64,000 nucleotides of DNA from Octopus sinensis (Eukaryota): the NCBI RefSeq assembly GCF_006345805.1, contig NC_043000.1, forward strand, positions 114,080,001 through 114,144,000. The letters are read 5' to 3'. The position numbers and the translations under genes were made by a program. Position 1 is the stretch's first letter, and each line of letters begins with the position of its first letter. The notes under the pieces are model-generated. The model worked only from the letters and a program-made list of their open reading frames with translations. It had not been told where the DNA came from and searched no databases. Positions 26,413-40,934 of this stretch are shown in pieces.

Positions 26413-26691
26413 AAGGCCACAACAGCCATAATGCTTTCTGTTGGTGTAAAGCCCTAAAATTGCTGAGGAGGACTGTACTTGCTGGAATTGATATTAAGAC
26501 ATGACTGTTTATTTTTCCATCCCACAAAGGATGAGTAAAACTGATACCAAAGTCCTCAGAGGTAGGAATTGAACTCATGGTACAGAGGAACCAAACTAAA
26601 TACCACAACAATACTGAAAGCAGTAAAGCTCAGACCCAACCGGCTCATTTCCATCAATTCTACACATATACAATATATATATACATATATA

Positions 26692-26818
26692 CAGGGTGTC
26701 CACAAAGTCTGGGTACATGGGGTAAATAAAATCATAACATAAAGAATTAAATATAAGAAATAATAATTTCTTGAAGTATGTGTTAATCCCCATGTACCCA
26801 GACTTTGTGGACACCCTG
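26692..26818. mobile_element. Tc1/mariner-type MITE, 127 bp, perfect ~31-bp TIRs, TA TSD
   Basis: ta|cagggtgtccacaaagtctgggtacatgggg ... ccccatgtacccagactttgtggacaccctg|ta. Confidence 0.9.
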
Positions 26819-27312
26819 TAGAATTGAGGGAGCTATTACTGGGGCCTCAAGGGATTTTAACAATGGTAAAGCTTTAACAGCACCACCAAGGGTGGACACA
26901 GGCCTACACGGGGGCTGACACATAGTAATCCAACAAGTCGACATCATTAAACAGAAGTAACTGAGATCAAATCTTAGGTTAGTTCTGTGTGTTTTGTGGT
27001 TGTTGAAAAGTTTTAGATAAGACAAAGAATGGTTCTCTGATGGTTTTCATGGCATGTATTCCAATTGTTTAATCGACTGAATTTCTTGTTCATTGGGTTA
27101 GTTTGAAAGTGGCTGAATATACCACAGATGCACATGTACCCTTAATAAGTATAATTCTCAGATGGAATCACTATGACAGTGTGTAACAAGGCTTTACTTT
27201 TAAATTACAGGCACTGTCTGTTCAATAGGCTTCCTCACAGTTTCCTATCTACCCCAATTTCACTGAAACTTTGGCCAACTTGAAGCTATGGTAAAAGACA
27301 TTTGTCAAGATG

Positions 27313-27565
27313 TGGTAGGTAGGTAGGTAGATAAGTAGACAGGTTGGTAGGTAAGTAGATAGATGGGTGTGTAGGTAGGTAGGTAGGCACGTAGTAGGTA
27401 GAGAGAAAAGGAAAGGTCCATAGAGTGACAGGCACATAGGTAGAGTGGTAGACAGGTAAGTAGAGTGGTAGGTAAATGGGATGGATGGTAGGCACATATG
27501 TAGGTAAGGTGGTGGGTATGTAATTAGGAAGGGTAGGTAGGTACGTAGACAGGTAGGTAAGCAGA
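27313..27565. repeat. Degenerate (AGGT)n microsatellite
   Basis: Directly visible. Confidence 0.85.
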
Positions 27566-27629
27566 CTGGATGTCCGAGAGTGAAGGGTATGGAATAATGA
27601 AATCCTAACTTTCTATTCTCTGCAGAGTT

Positions 27630-28200
27630 ACATCCAGGAACATGTGGTCCTGGCATTCAGCTGCATGGAGGCCAAAGTCGAAGAACTAGGTACCATGTGG
27701 TCATGGTACCTAATTATGTCCAAGAACATGTATGTATTCCTATTATATGACAGTTGAGGTCAAGGAACCTGTTGCCCTACATGTCTTTCTTTAATGTGTT
27801 AGATCTTGAAATGTGGTATTGGAATCCTGTAGTACAAGTCTCAGATCTGAGACCACATGGTTCTGGTACCTTAAAACATGTAGACTTGCTAATAACACGT
27901 GATAATGCTGTACAAAGTGTTTGCTCTAGGAACATATCCTGGTTATATAGCAGTTATATAACAGTTTATATTCAAGAATACGTGGTCCTAGTACCATGTA
28001 GTATAAGATTTGGAAACATGTGGTTCTTGCATTCAGCCAAGTTTAAATCTAGAAACATGTGGTTCAGCAACTATCTTGTATAAAAACCTAAGAACATGTG
28101 ATTGTCAAACCATGAAGCAGAATGGCTTTGGTTGGGTACATGTGGTCACGGTACCATGGAGCACAAGGTCTTAGGTGCAGTAACATGTGGTACCTCAGAA
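27630..28200. repeat. Ancient degenerate minisatellite with recurring (ga)acatgtggt motif
   Basis: Motif variants at ~27638, 27693, 27810, 27855, 28015, 28053, 28092, 28137 and 28182. Confidence 0.6.
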
Positions 28201-30646
28201 GTAACAAATGGGTTGGCTGCTTTTCTTTTTTTTTTTTTTGTGGTTTTAGCCAGATAAACTGAAACTACATTCATAGCTATTCTACGTTATGTTGTTGTAA
28301 CAATTGTTGTTATTGCTGCTGCTGCTGCTGTTGTTGTTAAGCAACAAGACGGGTAAGGGTGATTAGGTGATGGTCTAGGGCTTAGGGGTGGGAGACCCCA
28401 GACCTTGGGGAAAAAAAAAACTTTGGTCGTTTTATTATAGTCGAGGGTTTTCCGTTGACGCCTGACACCACTGGGAGGTGGCCCTCAAAGTCACTGAAAA
28501 TGGTGATCTCCAGGTCCAAATTCTTGGACGGCTGCTGCTGCTGCTACTACTGCTGTTGTTGTTGTCACAGGAAATAAAAGAACTATACGAAGAGTTTTTC
28601 GCATTGTACAGCCCCACACAGATACTCACCATGCAAGAAATAGTAGCCGCAGACAAAAGCTGCCTCAAATTACATCCTGTTGTCTTAAAAACAGAAAAAC
28701 ACACTGAACACTGTAGTCCTAGATATACTATATGGATGTGGAGGGAGGGGGGGTGAAAGACGGGATGACCACAGCTGGATAGTTTCATAGGTCTGTTCGA
28801 TCACAAAAGACCAAGGGTTAAAACGACGAAACAACAAGCAGTGCAACCATCAACTAAAATATCACAAAGGCACTGGACTCGAAACTTTATCACATTAAAG
28901 AAGGACAGGAGGGGGAGTTACCCTGGCACTTTCTGTGCCACTCACCATTTTCTTTCTGACATTCAAACTCCAAAAAAACCTTAAAAGAATTAGCAAGGTT
29001 TTGGCAGGGCAAGGGGTTGAATAATTAAGGTTTGTTTCTCTTTCTCTCTTTAGGAAACAGAATCTAAGATCGTGAAACGTAGAAATTCTAAAATCCCACA
29101 TCTTTCATTTCAAACCATTTCTTCTCCCTAAATATATTTCATTCCTCCTTTCATTAGCCATTGAACACATTAACTGACCCTTCTCTCACCCCTTTGACCA
29201 CTTACTTCGAGATGTCATTTCTTCATAAATATGTCATGTCTGTGGAATGGTATTTAAAACAAATCATTGAAGGAAATTTATGCATTGTTTTTGATTCCAT
29301 TTAATGGGAAGGAGGAGGGGGGGGGCTTTAAGAAGGATGGTCAGTTCCTGGGACCTCTGGAGGCTCTTGAAGACTGCCAAGATTGATGCAGTTGAAGTTT
29401 GTAGATTCATAAGAATTCCTATCCATTTGTCTTTCAGTCTGAGAGTATCTACACACACACACATACACAGGCACACATTCATATATATATATATATACAC
29501 ACATACATACTTATATACAGGCATTCATACATTGGAATATCTATGGTCAGAAGAGATGGAACTGCCCCCCCACAAAGACCCCCTTGTTATGAAACTACAG
29601 ACATTCGGTCAGAACAGAAGAAGAAAATGCTACAATCAAAGAATACAGAACTGACATCCAACTTTCCTCAATTAGTTATCCAAACACCAGTTCTGTGAAC
29701 GTGCCATACTAGAGCCCTTTGCTTAGCCCAGGTATCTGCGGTTGTCATTTGGGGAAGTTAACAATCTCAAAGAATTCACAGAGACCTTTAGAGCGAAACA
29801 AAGATTCTTCAAACCTGCTCTATTAGCAGATCAATAAAAGAACCACAAACCTTTCCTCAAATGCCTTCAATACTTGGATACAGTGATCAAGGTTTCAATA
29901 CCCACAAACATCTCCCAACTAACGAATTTAATGAATATTATTCTTTTCTGCTCTAGGCACAAGGCCCGAAATTTTTTTTTGGGGGGGGGGGCAGGGACCA
30001 GTCGATTGGATCGACCCCAGTATGCAACTGGTACTTAATTTACCTACCCCGAAAGGATGAAAGGCAAAGTCAACCTCAGCGGAATCATTTAATGAATAAT
30101 ATTAAAGAATGAATGTGTGTATGTATGTATGTGTGAGTGTGTCTGTGTATATCTATACTTATACACACATACACACACATACATACACACACACCCACAC
30201 ATACATATATGCACAAACAAGCATTATATACATGCATACATACAAATATTAACAGATTTTTTGTTTTTTTCATATTTCCAAAAAGAAACGAGACAACTAT
30301 AGAAAAATATATATTGCACTCCGAAAACATTCAATGTTCAAGTATGTTAATTACAGCATTTAATTTATTTTTACCATGATCATAATCATTATTATTAATA
30401 TCATTATCATTATTATTATTATTATCATCATCACCTTAATCATTATTTGATTCAAAGGCATTTTTTTAAAATTCGTTTTTACTTTTATTTTATTTTTTTT
30501 CATTATTTTCACCCAAAGCAGAAGACCAACAAATATCTTAGTTTGGAAAGATATGAATGATGTCAAAATTTGAAATTTAAGAACCTGATAAGTTTTATTC
30601 CCAAAAGCTGACTGTCTGATTATTTTCATGTTCTTGTAGTGTATGC

Positions 30647-30679
<33 letters not shown>

Positions 30680-30699
30680 TATGTATATATAAAGGGTAA

Positions 30700-31010
30700 A
30701 TATCCCTTTCGATCATGAATGTCCATGGGATTGCACCTAGAAAGTTACCCTCCAAGGCACAAGTCCAGGCAAGGTTGTTTATGGAAGACCAGCAGTCGCC
30801 CAGGCATACCAGCCTCCTCTCTCCGTGTCACTGATGATATCCAAGGGAAAGGCAAAGGAGCCAATACAGCTTGGCACCAGTGATGTCACAACTCATTTCT
30901 ACAGCTGAGTGAACTGGAGCAACGTGAAATAAAGTGTCTTGCTCAAGAACACAACACGCAGCCTCATGAGTGTGAGCCCAACGCTCTAAACACTGAGCCA
31001 TGCGCCTTCA
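30700..31010 (-). mobile_element. tRNA-derived SINE (same family as 62756-63088)
   Basis: The two copies are reverse complements over ~300 bp. Confidence 0.85.
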
Positions 31011-31035
31011 CACACACACACATACATACATACAT

Positions 31036-31088
<53 letters not shown>

Positions 31089-31663
31089 AGAGAGTGTTTT
31101 CTGTATGTGTGTGTTCTGTATTAAATATTAATTAGTCCACAACTGTAAACAGTATTTACAAGAGAATTCTGGAAGAGAATCAATCTGTGCATGCCATTGA
31201 CTGGGAAAGGGTACCGACTGACAGGCTGCCAAGATATTACTGTTCTTACAATAGAATTCACTGCACAAATGTCTATTATCTGCCTACTAAGCAATCACTT
31301 TGTCACAGATACATCATGTTGTTCACAGAGAATGTGCTTAATATCTTTGCACGTACAGAGTTAAGCATAAAGTACTTTTTAAAGTCTGACAGAACAAAAT
31401 ATCCCATCAAGACCACACACACACAAATATATATATACACACACACATACATGTTTGGCTTTACAGACAGTGGAAACAGAATTCTATACATAAAGCAGAG
31501 TATTTACAATTTTACTAGGCAAAGGAAACTAGAGCAAGTCAAGTAAACCAGGGTCTCACGCCAATGAGCAATTACCAAGTTTGGTAATTGCATATTGTTG
31601 GGAAACTCTCCTGGACTTTAAGTCACTGTAGCTTCTTGGCTAATAAAAAAATACATGTAGTTT

Positions 31664-32099
31664 ATATATATATATACATACATATATATATGCATACATA
31701 TACATATGCATAGATACGCATATATATGCACATATACATGCATATATATGCACATATATGTATATACATACATATATATATATACGCATCTATATATGCA
31801 TATATATGTATATACATACATATATATATGCACATATATGTATATACATACATATATATATGCACATATATGTATATACATATATATATATATGCACATA
31901 TATGTATATACATATACATACATATGCACATATATGTATATACATATACATACATATGCACATATATGTATATACATATACATACATATATGTATATACA
32001 TATACATACATACATACATATATGTATATACATACATACATACATATATGTATATACATATACATACATACATATATGTATATACATATACATACATAC

Positions 32100-32130
<31 letters not shown>

Positions 32131-32672
32131 CATACATATATGTATATACATACATACATACATATATGTATATACATATACATACATACATATATGTATA
32201 TACATATACATACATACATATATGTATATACATATACATACATACATATATGTATATACATATACATACATATATGTATATACATATACAAACATACATA
32301 TATGTATATACATATACAAACATACATATATGTATATACATATACATACATACCTATATGTATATACATATACATACATACATATATGTATATACATATA
32401 CATACATACATATATGTATATACATATACATACATACCTATATGTATATACATATACATACATACCTATATGTATATACATATACATACATACCTATATG
32501 TATATACATATACATACATACCTATATGTATATACATATACATACATACATATATGTATATACATATACATACATACATATATGTATATACATATACATA
32601 CATACATATATGTATATACATATACATACATACATATATGTATATATACATATACATATATATATATATATG
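31664..32672. repeat. AT/AC microsatellite with a ~28-bp higher-order unit (tatatgtatatacatatacatacataca)
   Basis: Directly visible. Confidence 0.93.
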
Positions 32673-34449
32673 AGGTTGACCAGCAACAATAGCAAAATTA
32701 TAATTGGGGTAGAAGTGTAGGCTTCCACTAGACAATATATTAGCAGAATATGTTATCAAGATTATGTGTATATGTATATACATATATACACATATATACA
32801 TACATACATATATATATACATACACATATATATTAAGACATGCATTTAATTTCTGAAAGAAACAAATGTGTATAAATAAGGAATATGTGAAAGAATATGG
32901 AAGTGTGTGGGTCGGAGGAGAAAATGTGACATGTTTTGGCAGGGGACACCTTTCATCAAGGATTTCATCCCATTTGCACCAAACATAACATGTTTCTCTC
33001 TTTACCTATATATATATATACATATCCAAATCACATATCAAGTATTGATCTCCTCAGAATATCAATTATCGAAGAAGATCGCCAAAATTCTTGCTTTGAG
33101 CAGCGTTCTTCTTTTTCTTTTTTCTTTGACATTTACCGTTTCGTTTTTCTTTTTCTTTTATCTTTATTTTTGTTCCCAGTTGATAGAAGAATAACTTAAA
33201 CACACTAAGGTTTCATCTCCAATGCTGACACTAACTGTGAATCCCAACATCGAGGTTTCAATCCTCCAAGTGGTTCAGTGTTTATTTTTTTCTTTTCTTT
33301 CCTTATTTCTTTCTTTCTTTCTTTCTCTCTATTTCCATAATGGTATGGAACCAGAAAACATTAACAAGCAGTACAATGGCATCAGTCCTGAGGGTCTGAT
33401 GAGTTACTTTTGTTGTTGTTTGTTTTCTAGCTGACAAAGAAAATCATGATAATGGTAGCGCCATGATGAGAAGAACAAAACAAAATAAAAAAGAAAAACA
33501 GAAAAAAAGAAAGAAAAACTCAAAGGGAACAAAACAAACAAATAAAAAAAAACAAATTTAAAAGTAAATGTCATAATTAAAAGGCCCTTAATTAAATATT
33601 TTTTTCTAAGTAATAATTTCTAATTGTTAATAATTCTTAATTTTTGGTACAAGACCAGCAGTTTTAGAGGGAGGGGTACTGTCAGTAACACTGACCCCCA
33701 TACTTCACTAGGACTTTATTTTATTGACCCTCAAAGAGATGAATGGTAAAGTTGACCACAACAGGATTTGAACTCAGAACATGCAGAAAAACCACATGGC
33801 ATTTTACCTGATGCTCCACTGATTCTTTGTGTTCATCACCTTTTGTTAATTATTTCTAATATAGGCACATCTTGAAATTTGTTGGGGGTGGAGGTTAATC
33901 AATACATCGATTCCAGCATCCTTTATATCATTATTGGTGAAAGGCGATGATGTTGACTTCAGCAACTTTTGAACTTGAGATATAAAGAGTTACAACTAAA
34001 CAGAGCGAAATTCTGCCACTCCACCACCATACCAGTTGACCAAGGCAACTTATCTCTACTTATCACTCCTGCTCATTCTGCTGACCCCAGAACAATGAAA
34101 AGAAACCTCAACCAATCCAGCTTGGATTTGAACTCAGAATGTAAAGAAATGTCACGAAATACTGCAACATGTTTTTATCCAACACACTACACAATTTTAA
34201 CCATTCCACCATCTTGGAATAATAATAATAATAATCCTTTCTACTATAGGCACAAGGCCGGATATTTGGGGACGGGGATAGCCGACTGCATCGACTCCAG
34301 TACGCAACTGGTACTTAATTTATCAACCCCCAAAAGATGAAAGGCAAAGCAATTTGATGAAAGGGATTTGAACTCAGAACGTAGAGGCAGACGAAATACC
34401 GCTAAGCATTTTGCCGGGTGTGCTAACGATTCTGCCAGCTTGCCACCTC

Positions 34450-34493
<44 letters not shown>

Positions 34494-35361
34494 CAATCAG
34501 CAGTAGCAACAGAAGAACGTCGAATACAAACTGATCTACAGTCTCTGTGTGTTTGGCACAAAAAGCAGTTTAACTCTATTAAGGATTGTTTACAGACTGA
34601 TCAACTGACAATAATAATAATAATAATAATTATAATTATAATATAAAGTGACTTTCTATCGATTTGATAGAAACATTTAAATTAAAACAAAAATTCTTTT
34701 AAAATAGAAATAAAAATGAAATAAAAATAAATGAAATGTAAAAAAAAATTAAAAATAATGAAAAATATGTAAAACTGATGGGTGACAATTTGGATGGTGG
34801 GTGGCATCGAGTATCCACCATGACCACCGCAACTGACGGGTGTTACGGACAAACAGATGAATAGAGAGAGAAAGAGAGAGAGAGGAGTCCTATTGTTATA
34901 AAAGGCAACACAAATGAGACTTCCTGTTAGATTAGGGGACAGGGGTTAGATCCATGAGAATCAAGGGCAAGTATCCCTTACCTTTATAGAACAGGTAGAG
35001 GGACCATAATTAAGGGTGCAATGTGTCACTTGTAGAGAATATGTGTATGCTTGTATGCATGTATGCACACACGTGTGTATGTACACATACACACACACAC
35101 ACACACATACATACAAACACATATACATACATATATAAAGTATATATATGTTCAAATATTTTACATAATATATACAGGTACATATATATTACCTATAATA
35201 TATATAATGTAACTATATATGTACATACATATATGTATATATGGCGGTGACCCCTAATGCCAGTCAGGGTAAACAGGTAATCCCATATTTTCGGAGGCCG
35301 TAAATAACAGTAGCATAATAAGTAAGAAAGAGAAAATTTCTCCTAACAACTGGTCAACTTG

Positions 35362-35475
35362 TCATACTACAGCCTGCTTTGTACTGCCGGTGGACGCTAC
35401 CAAAGATGAGACGGTCAGAGCGACTTTGGCAAGTCCTTTCTCCTCCAAGATGTCATGGGCCGAACACATACGCCC
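35362..35475 (-). CDS. LRCH: LRCH-family gene, distal terminal coding exon (end of the calponin-homology domain, no TM; soluble isoform)
   Basis: Strong acceptor ctcatttttctctctttttgcag|, phase 0, encoding GRMCSAHDILEEKGLAKVALTVSSLVASTGSTKQAVV*. Closely matches my recollection of the vertebrate LRCH C-terminus (LCLPLHILEEKGLSQVAVTVQALL). Confidence 0.88.
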   Translation of the reverse strand, partial: GRMCSAHDILEEKGLAKVALTVSSLVASTGSTKQAVV

Positions 35476-35877
35476 CTGCAAAAAGAGAGAAAAATGAGAA
35501 TATGGTTAGAGCTATTTAAGAAAACAGAACAGCAATGATGTTTCCAAAAAACACCACCTAAATTATTGTGGTTACTATTATTTTTTTTTTTTTAAATCAA
35601 AGAAAAATGACCCATGCATCTTTGCTTAAATGCAAAGAAAATAATGTGTTTGTGACAGACATGATAAGCTAATAGGGAAACAAATGAAATCTAAAGGTGA
35701 GGAATACGCAGGAAAGGTGGTGCCCCAGCTTGGCCACAGCCAAATGACTGAAACCAATAAAAGAATAAACTGGATTGTTCTGACAGCATGGGACAGCCAG
35801 TAAAGGGTAGGGACACTGGTGGACCTGGTCAGCTCTACACATGATGGCACCTCTGGGACCATTAACCAACAGCTTAA

Positions 35878-36097
35878 CCCTTTCATTACTGTATTTCTGT
35901 TGAGATGCTCTGTGCTTTTCAATTAATCTTAAATATAACAAAGAATTTAGTAAAATAACTTAGTTATCATTAAGCTAGTGTTAGGATCATAAATTGTGAC
36001 TAAGGTTTGGTGGAAGATTTTAATTCAAAACTTTTGAAAACAGCACATTTGTACTACAGTGCTAGAGGCGGATTCAGCCAGGTTGGTAACGAAAGGG
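35878..36097. mobile_element. piggyBac-type MITE
   Basis: ttaa|ccctttcattac ... gtaacgaaaggg|ttga. Confidence 0.85.
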
Positions 36098-36183
36098 TTG
36101 AAACAAGATGACGATATATATTCGATATACAGAGGAGAAGTAGTTTAAAAGTAGATCTACATGAATGTGTTAACATTATTTAA

Positions 36184-36396
36184 CCCTTTCATTTATTTTG
36201 AGGTGCTCTGTGTCTCTCTCAACTAATTTTAAATATAACAAAGAATTTAGTAAAATAACTTGGTTATCATTCAGCTAATTTTAGGAACATAAATTGTGAC
36301 TAAGGTTTGGTGGAAGATTTTAATTCTAAACTTATGAAAACGAGACATTTGTATTCAGAACCAGAGCCAGTTTCAGCTGGGTTGGTAACGAAAGGG
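36184..36396. mobile_element. piggyBac-type MITE, second copy
   Basis: ttaa|ccctttc ... gtaacgaaaggg|ttaa; same internal sequence as 35878-36097. Confidence 0.85.
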
Positions 36397-37334
36397 TTAA
36401 GTGAGGGAGTCTTAAAAAAAAGAGGGGCCTAAAATTACACAGAAAAGTACACTGGATACAAGAAGTATGAAACAAAACAATATAAAACAGAATGGTCACC
36501 GCTGGAACAATTTTGCTCATAAATCTGTTGATTCAGTGCTGACCTGGGGTTAAATCACAATTCACAACAAAGAGGGGTCAAAACTAAATAAAAATAACTA
36601 TTTAGTTTGTGGTTCAAATATATTTATGCAGCCAGCTTCATTATTGCTATTGTTGTTGTGACATACATTTTTCCATGCTGGAATATCAGATGAAATTTGT
36701 TGAAGGAGATTTTTTTTTACAAGTTGGATGCTCTACCTGTTGCCAACCCTCAGTAGTTTCCAAGCAGGGCAACATTTTCCCTCCCTCAACCCAGATATCT
36801 TTCTATTGAAGACTACAAACATGACACAGCTTTTGTGACTACAATCACCATGCAATATACATATATAATACATACATACACACACACAATGGGCTTCTTT
36901 CAGTTTCCAACTACTAAATTCATTCACAAAACTTTGGGCCACCAGAGGCTTTAATAGAAGACACAGACCCAAGATACCACACAGTGGAACTGAACCTGAG
37001 ATCATTTGGTTGAGAGGCAAGCTTCTTAACCAAACAACTGTGCTTGCACAAACCACAAGACCCCAAAATGATGATTTTCAACACACCTTAAAATATCTAG
37101 CATAACTGCTACTAGTTTGAAGGCATTCCCTTCTCCCTTGTTTATGCTTAGCATCACTGACTTACCATCTGAGCCAAACAAGGTCCACTTAATTTAAGTT
37201 CTAAACCTTTCTCAAACAATATTCCCAGCTTGCTGCTCAAATTTAGTAACAAAAAGATGTGGACATCTTATAATCACCAAAACTACATAAGTGTATGCAT
37301 CCTGAACATCCTGGTTTCACTGATTGTGACCAGG

Positions 37335-37621
37335 TTGAGCGTGATCGTTACCGCGTCGCCTTACTAGCACTTGTGCTAGTGACACGTGAAACATTCAAGC
37401 GAGGTCGTTGCCAGTGCCGCTGGACTGGCTCCTGTGCAGGTGGCACATATAAAGCACCATTTGGGCATGACCATTGCCAGTACCACCAAACTGGCTCTCA
37501 TGCCGGTGGCACATAAAAGTACCCACTCCACTCTCGGAGTGGTTGGCGTTAGGTTCGCCAGACCTCAGTCAAATCGTCCAACCCATGGAAAGCAGACGTT
37601 AAATGATGATGATGATGATGA
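37335..37621 (+). mobile_element. Retroposon 3' fragment with (GAT)n tail (RTE-like tail family)
   Basis: Ends catggaaagcagacgttaaatgatgatgat; same tail at 62400-62652 and 63700-63785. Confidence 0.65.
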
Positions 37622-40600
37622 GGCCGGTTACTCTGCTTCCAAACCAATGCCAGGCCATTCTGCAATTATACAATGCACTCTGAATATGGCCATGTTGGTT
37701 GAAAGAAAGGAATTAGAGAGACCACTTACCTTAGACACAGGGGACACTAATCTGAGTTTCTCAGAGTTGGAGGCTTCAAAAGCCCCTCCAGAAGGTTTTA
37801 GTCAACTTTTCAAAAATTCCCAAATCACATAAAAATTGTAATCAACAGCAGATGATCAGTTGGAGGTGTTTTATTAACAAGAGCTCCTCTGAGCATTCTC
37901 TTTACATTTTGTTTTGTCCAGTTACATCAAGTTCACTGTTATTTTATATTTACAACAATAAAAATGATGTTTCTTGTGTGCTGTTGTTTTTGTTATTTCC
38001 TTTGATGTTTTTGCCGAAGTGGCTGCAGTATTAATATGTTTACCTGTTGTTGATGTTGCAGGTTTAACTGTCAGAAGTGGTGGGGTTATGTAAATAGCTA
38101 ACAGGTACTCGGCTGTTCTACCAAATCTTCAAACTTTCAGCCTCTTTTTTGCTTCTCTCTTCTCTTCTTTACTCCAAGAATAATAATGACAAGATTTCAC
38201 AATGGTCAAGTCACAGCTTGCAGAGTGAGGACTTCTATCAAGGCTGCTGGAATAATTCCTCACTTTTTTTTTTGTTTTCAGGTGTAGTTTTGATTTCTGT
38301 TGTTGCTTCTAGATTGGTGGGGGAGGAAGGGGGTCATTTCTACTGCTACAGTTGTTATTGATGGTGGTGTTGGTGTGGTTGACAGCAAAATTGATCTTCA
38401 AGCCTTTAAGTGGACAGTATCACCACAAAATGTCTCTGTTATGTTGTAAAAGACTAAAAAATGTTGAAGTAGGATCTGCACTCTGACCACGTAAAACCCT
38501 CACCAACAACAACCCAAACAGACTCATGGCTTGAAGGGTTTGTTGCTCGAGTAGTGCAAAGGCACCATCCACCAGGAGCAGGGACTCACCGACAAATGCT
38601 GGATGCAGCGTCACACTGTTGCAGCACGTCCTCATACTACTGCCACATGTGAAACTAGATGTTCATGCAACAAACAACAGGGTAAGGGGCCACTTGGTAG
38701 TTCAATCAGGAAGATGCTTTCATGCTTTTCCTGACATTTAGAAAGGAATTCCAAACCTATCCCCAACCAGAGTAATTTATGAACTCCCAGAATTATCCCT
38801 CAAGCCCCAGCACTAAAACAGCTATGACCCTTATGCACCAGGACCTTATTTCTATTAGCACATCTACCGACCATCACCTATGTCTGTCATCCTAAATACA
38901 ACAAAATAGAGATGAAACCTCAGCTTGCCTTCAACAAGTAATCTAATCTCCATTGTCCTGTGTTAGTCACATGATGCAAGTGATGAAGGTTCGTTACAAG
39001 TTTGTTTCCAGTTAAGTCACCAATTTGGCATACAACAAACCTTACTATTCCCCAAAATAAACCATTCCCATCTTGGTTGCTATGCCCCATTGCCTCTACA
39101 CCAGCTTACCCGACCTCCATTCAAACGAGACTCTTCTGGTTTCTCCTCTTATTTTTGTCACCTTTTCATTTCCAGTCATGCTGAGTCTCTTTCTACATTT
39201 GCAGAACCAGTCAACCCTTGCAACTGCGTTCCTCCTCATCATTATTGCTACTAAGTCTGGAGGTAATGATGGAGGCAACCACAGTGGAAATACTGGGGAG
39301 GCCTGTTGTTTAGCGATGGCGCAGTAGGTCAACTTGCCACCAGGATAGCCATAATTAAACATCTTTTGCCTCCCACCCCCACCCAATGCCTCACCTTTTG
39401 TTCATCTTTATGGAATAAGAGGAAATGAGACACCACTTATATGATGGTGATGCTTACAACCAGTGTGATGTCAAGACAAGGACACACACATGTACACACA
39501 CATGCACATACACGTAATATTAATTCCCACTTAAAAGTGGACGTCTCAGAACACAAAACACTCAAACAGTTACCATGATGTTCCCTCGGGATACTAATGC
39601 AGTATATTGTGTTCTAACACAAGATCCACTTTTAAGAGGGGATAAATATTACCTTTTGGCATTAACACTGTTTCTGTTGTTATTAATTAGTTTTTAATGA
39701 GTCCACTAGCTAATCACAGTACTAGTGTCTGAATAGACAGTGGGATTCAATATGTGTATTGTGAAGGAAAAATCATTGCTATGTCTAACCATGAATGTCT
39801 ATCATTGATAAGGCCAAGGAAGGCGAAAATCACAGGATCTGGTTTTACTGGCAGAGGTAGCATGCAATTATCTCCCACTGGTGAACTCAAAATTCAATGC
39901 AACCAGCCATACATGTGATGGAGGGATGGGCTTCACCCCTCCCTCCCTATGCAGTAAAGAACTGAATTAAATACTACACAGCATTTAGTCCTGCAGGTTA
40001 ACAACTCATCCCGATCCTCTTTGATGCAGACATTTCATAATTAAAGCAAAAATAAAACAAACATGTAATAACAACAAAAAAAAAAGAAAAGAAAAAGACA
40101 AAGAGAGAAAGGTAAAGTTGTGGATTAGTTTTTATCAAAAAAGTTTTAATTTACACAAGATTCTGAGGACAGAGACACGGGACTGTGGGTGACATTATTA
40201 CAGACAGACAACCAAGAGTGGAAAACATGGACCTTTTTTTGGTATCTTTTAGTTTTGTACAAATATTAGACCCCACCACCACCACCACCATTGCCAGTAT
40301 TGGCGGAGGGTGTAGGGGGAAGGTAATTCAATCTGCTAAAAATAGCAACTAAATTTCTCTCAAGTCACGCATTACAGTCTTTGAAAAAAGGAGGACGGAC
40401 ACATTACAATAATGTAGTCCTAGGTAAACTATGTCTAAATGAAAGACAGGATGGTCACGGTTGGAATGTCTTTGATCATAGGTCAGCTGGATCAGGGCTG
40501 ACCCGCAGTTAAATATCACTATTTGGAGTAGTATCTATTAGCATTCTCTCTTCTCACACACAGCCGGCTGAAGTAACTAGTAATGGAATTACACCCTGCA

Positions 40601-40689
40601 ACAACCATTACACCATGGTTAGCCCACATTACTCTGTAAGGAGCAGAGGACCAGTTTCCAGGCATATATATACATACATACATATATAT

Positions 40690-40934
40690 ATCAAAATAAG
40701 CAACAAGGATATCTAAGGTAGTGTAGTACAATCATTTCACGCTATTTCATTTTATTAAACACTGTAAGTATTACATCAGTTTTAAAATCTCGAGCAATCT
40801 TCAGCCACATATAGAATTTTTTAATTAAACGAACAATGCACATTTTTATACTTATTTCACAGTGTTTAATAAAATGAAGTAGCATGAAACGATTGTACTA
40901 CACTACCTTAGATATCCTTGTTGCTTATTTTGAT
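40690..40934. mobile_element. Short foldback element, probably a PLE 3' end
   Basis: Arms ~40690-40763 and ~40859-40934. The spacer has a decayed minus-strand ctgaaga...aaaactg hammerhead-like remnant. Confidence 0.55.

Noticed and set aside
39096-39386. Possible third LRCH terminal exon (GLPSISTVVASII...)
   Set aside because: In-frame stop just upstream, no C...DI.E motif, weak acceptor.
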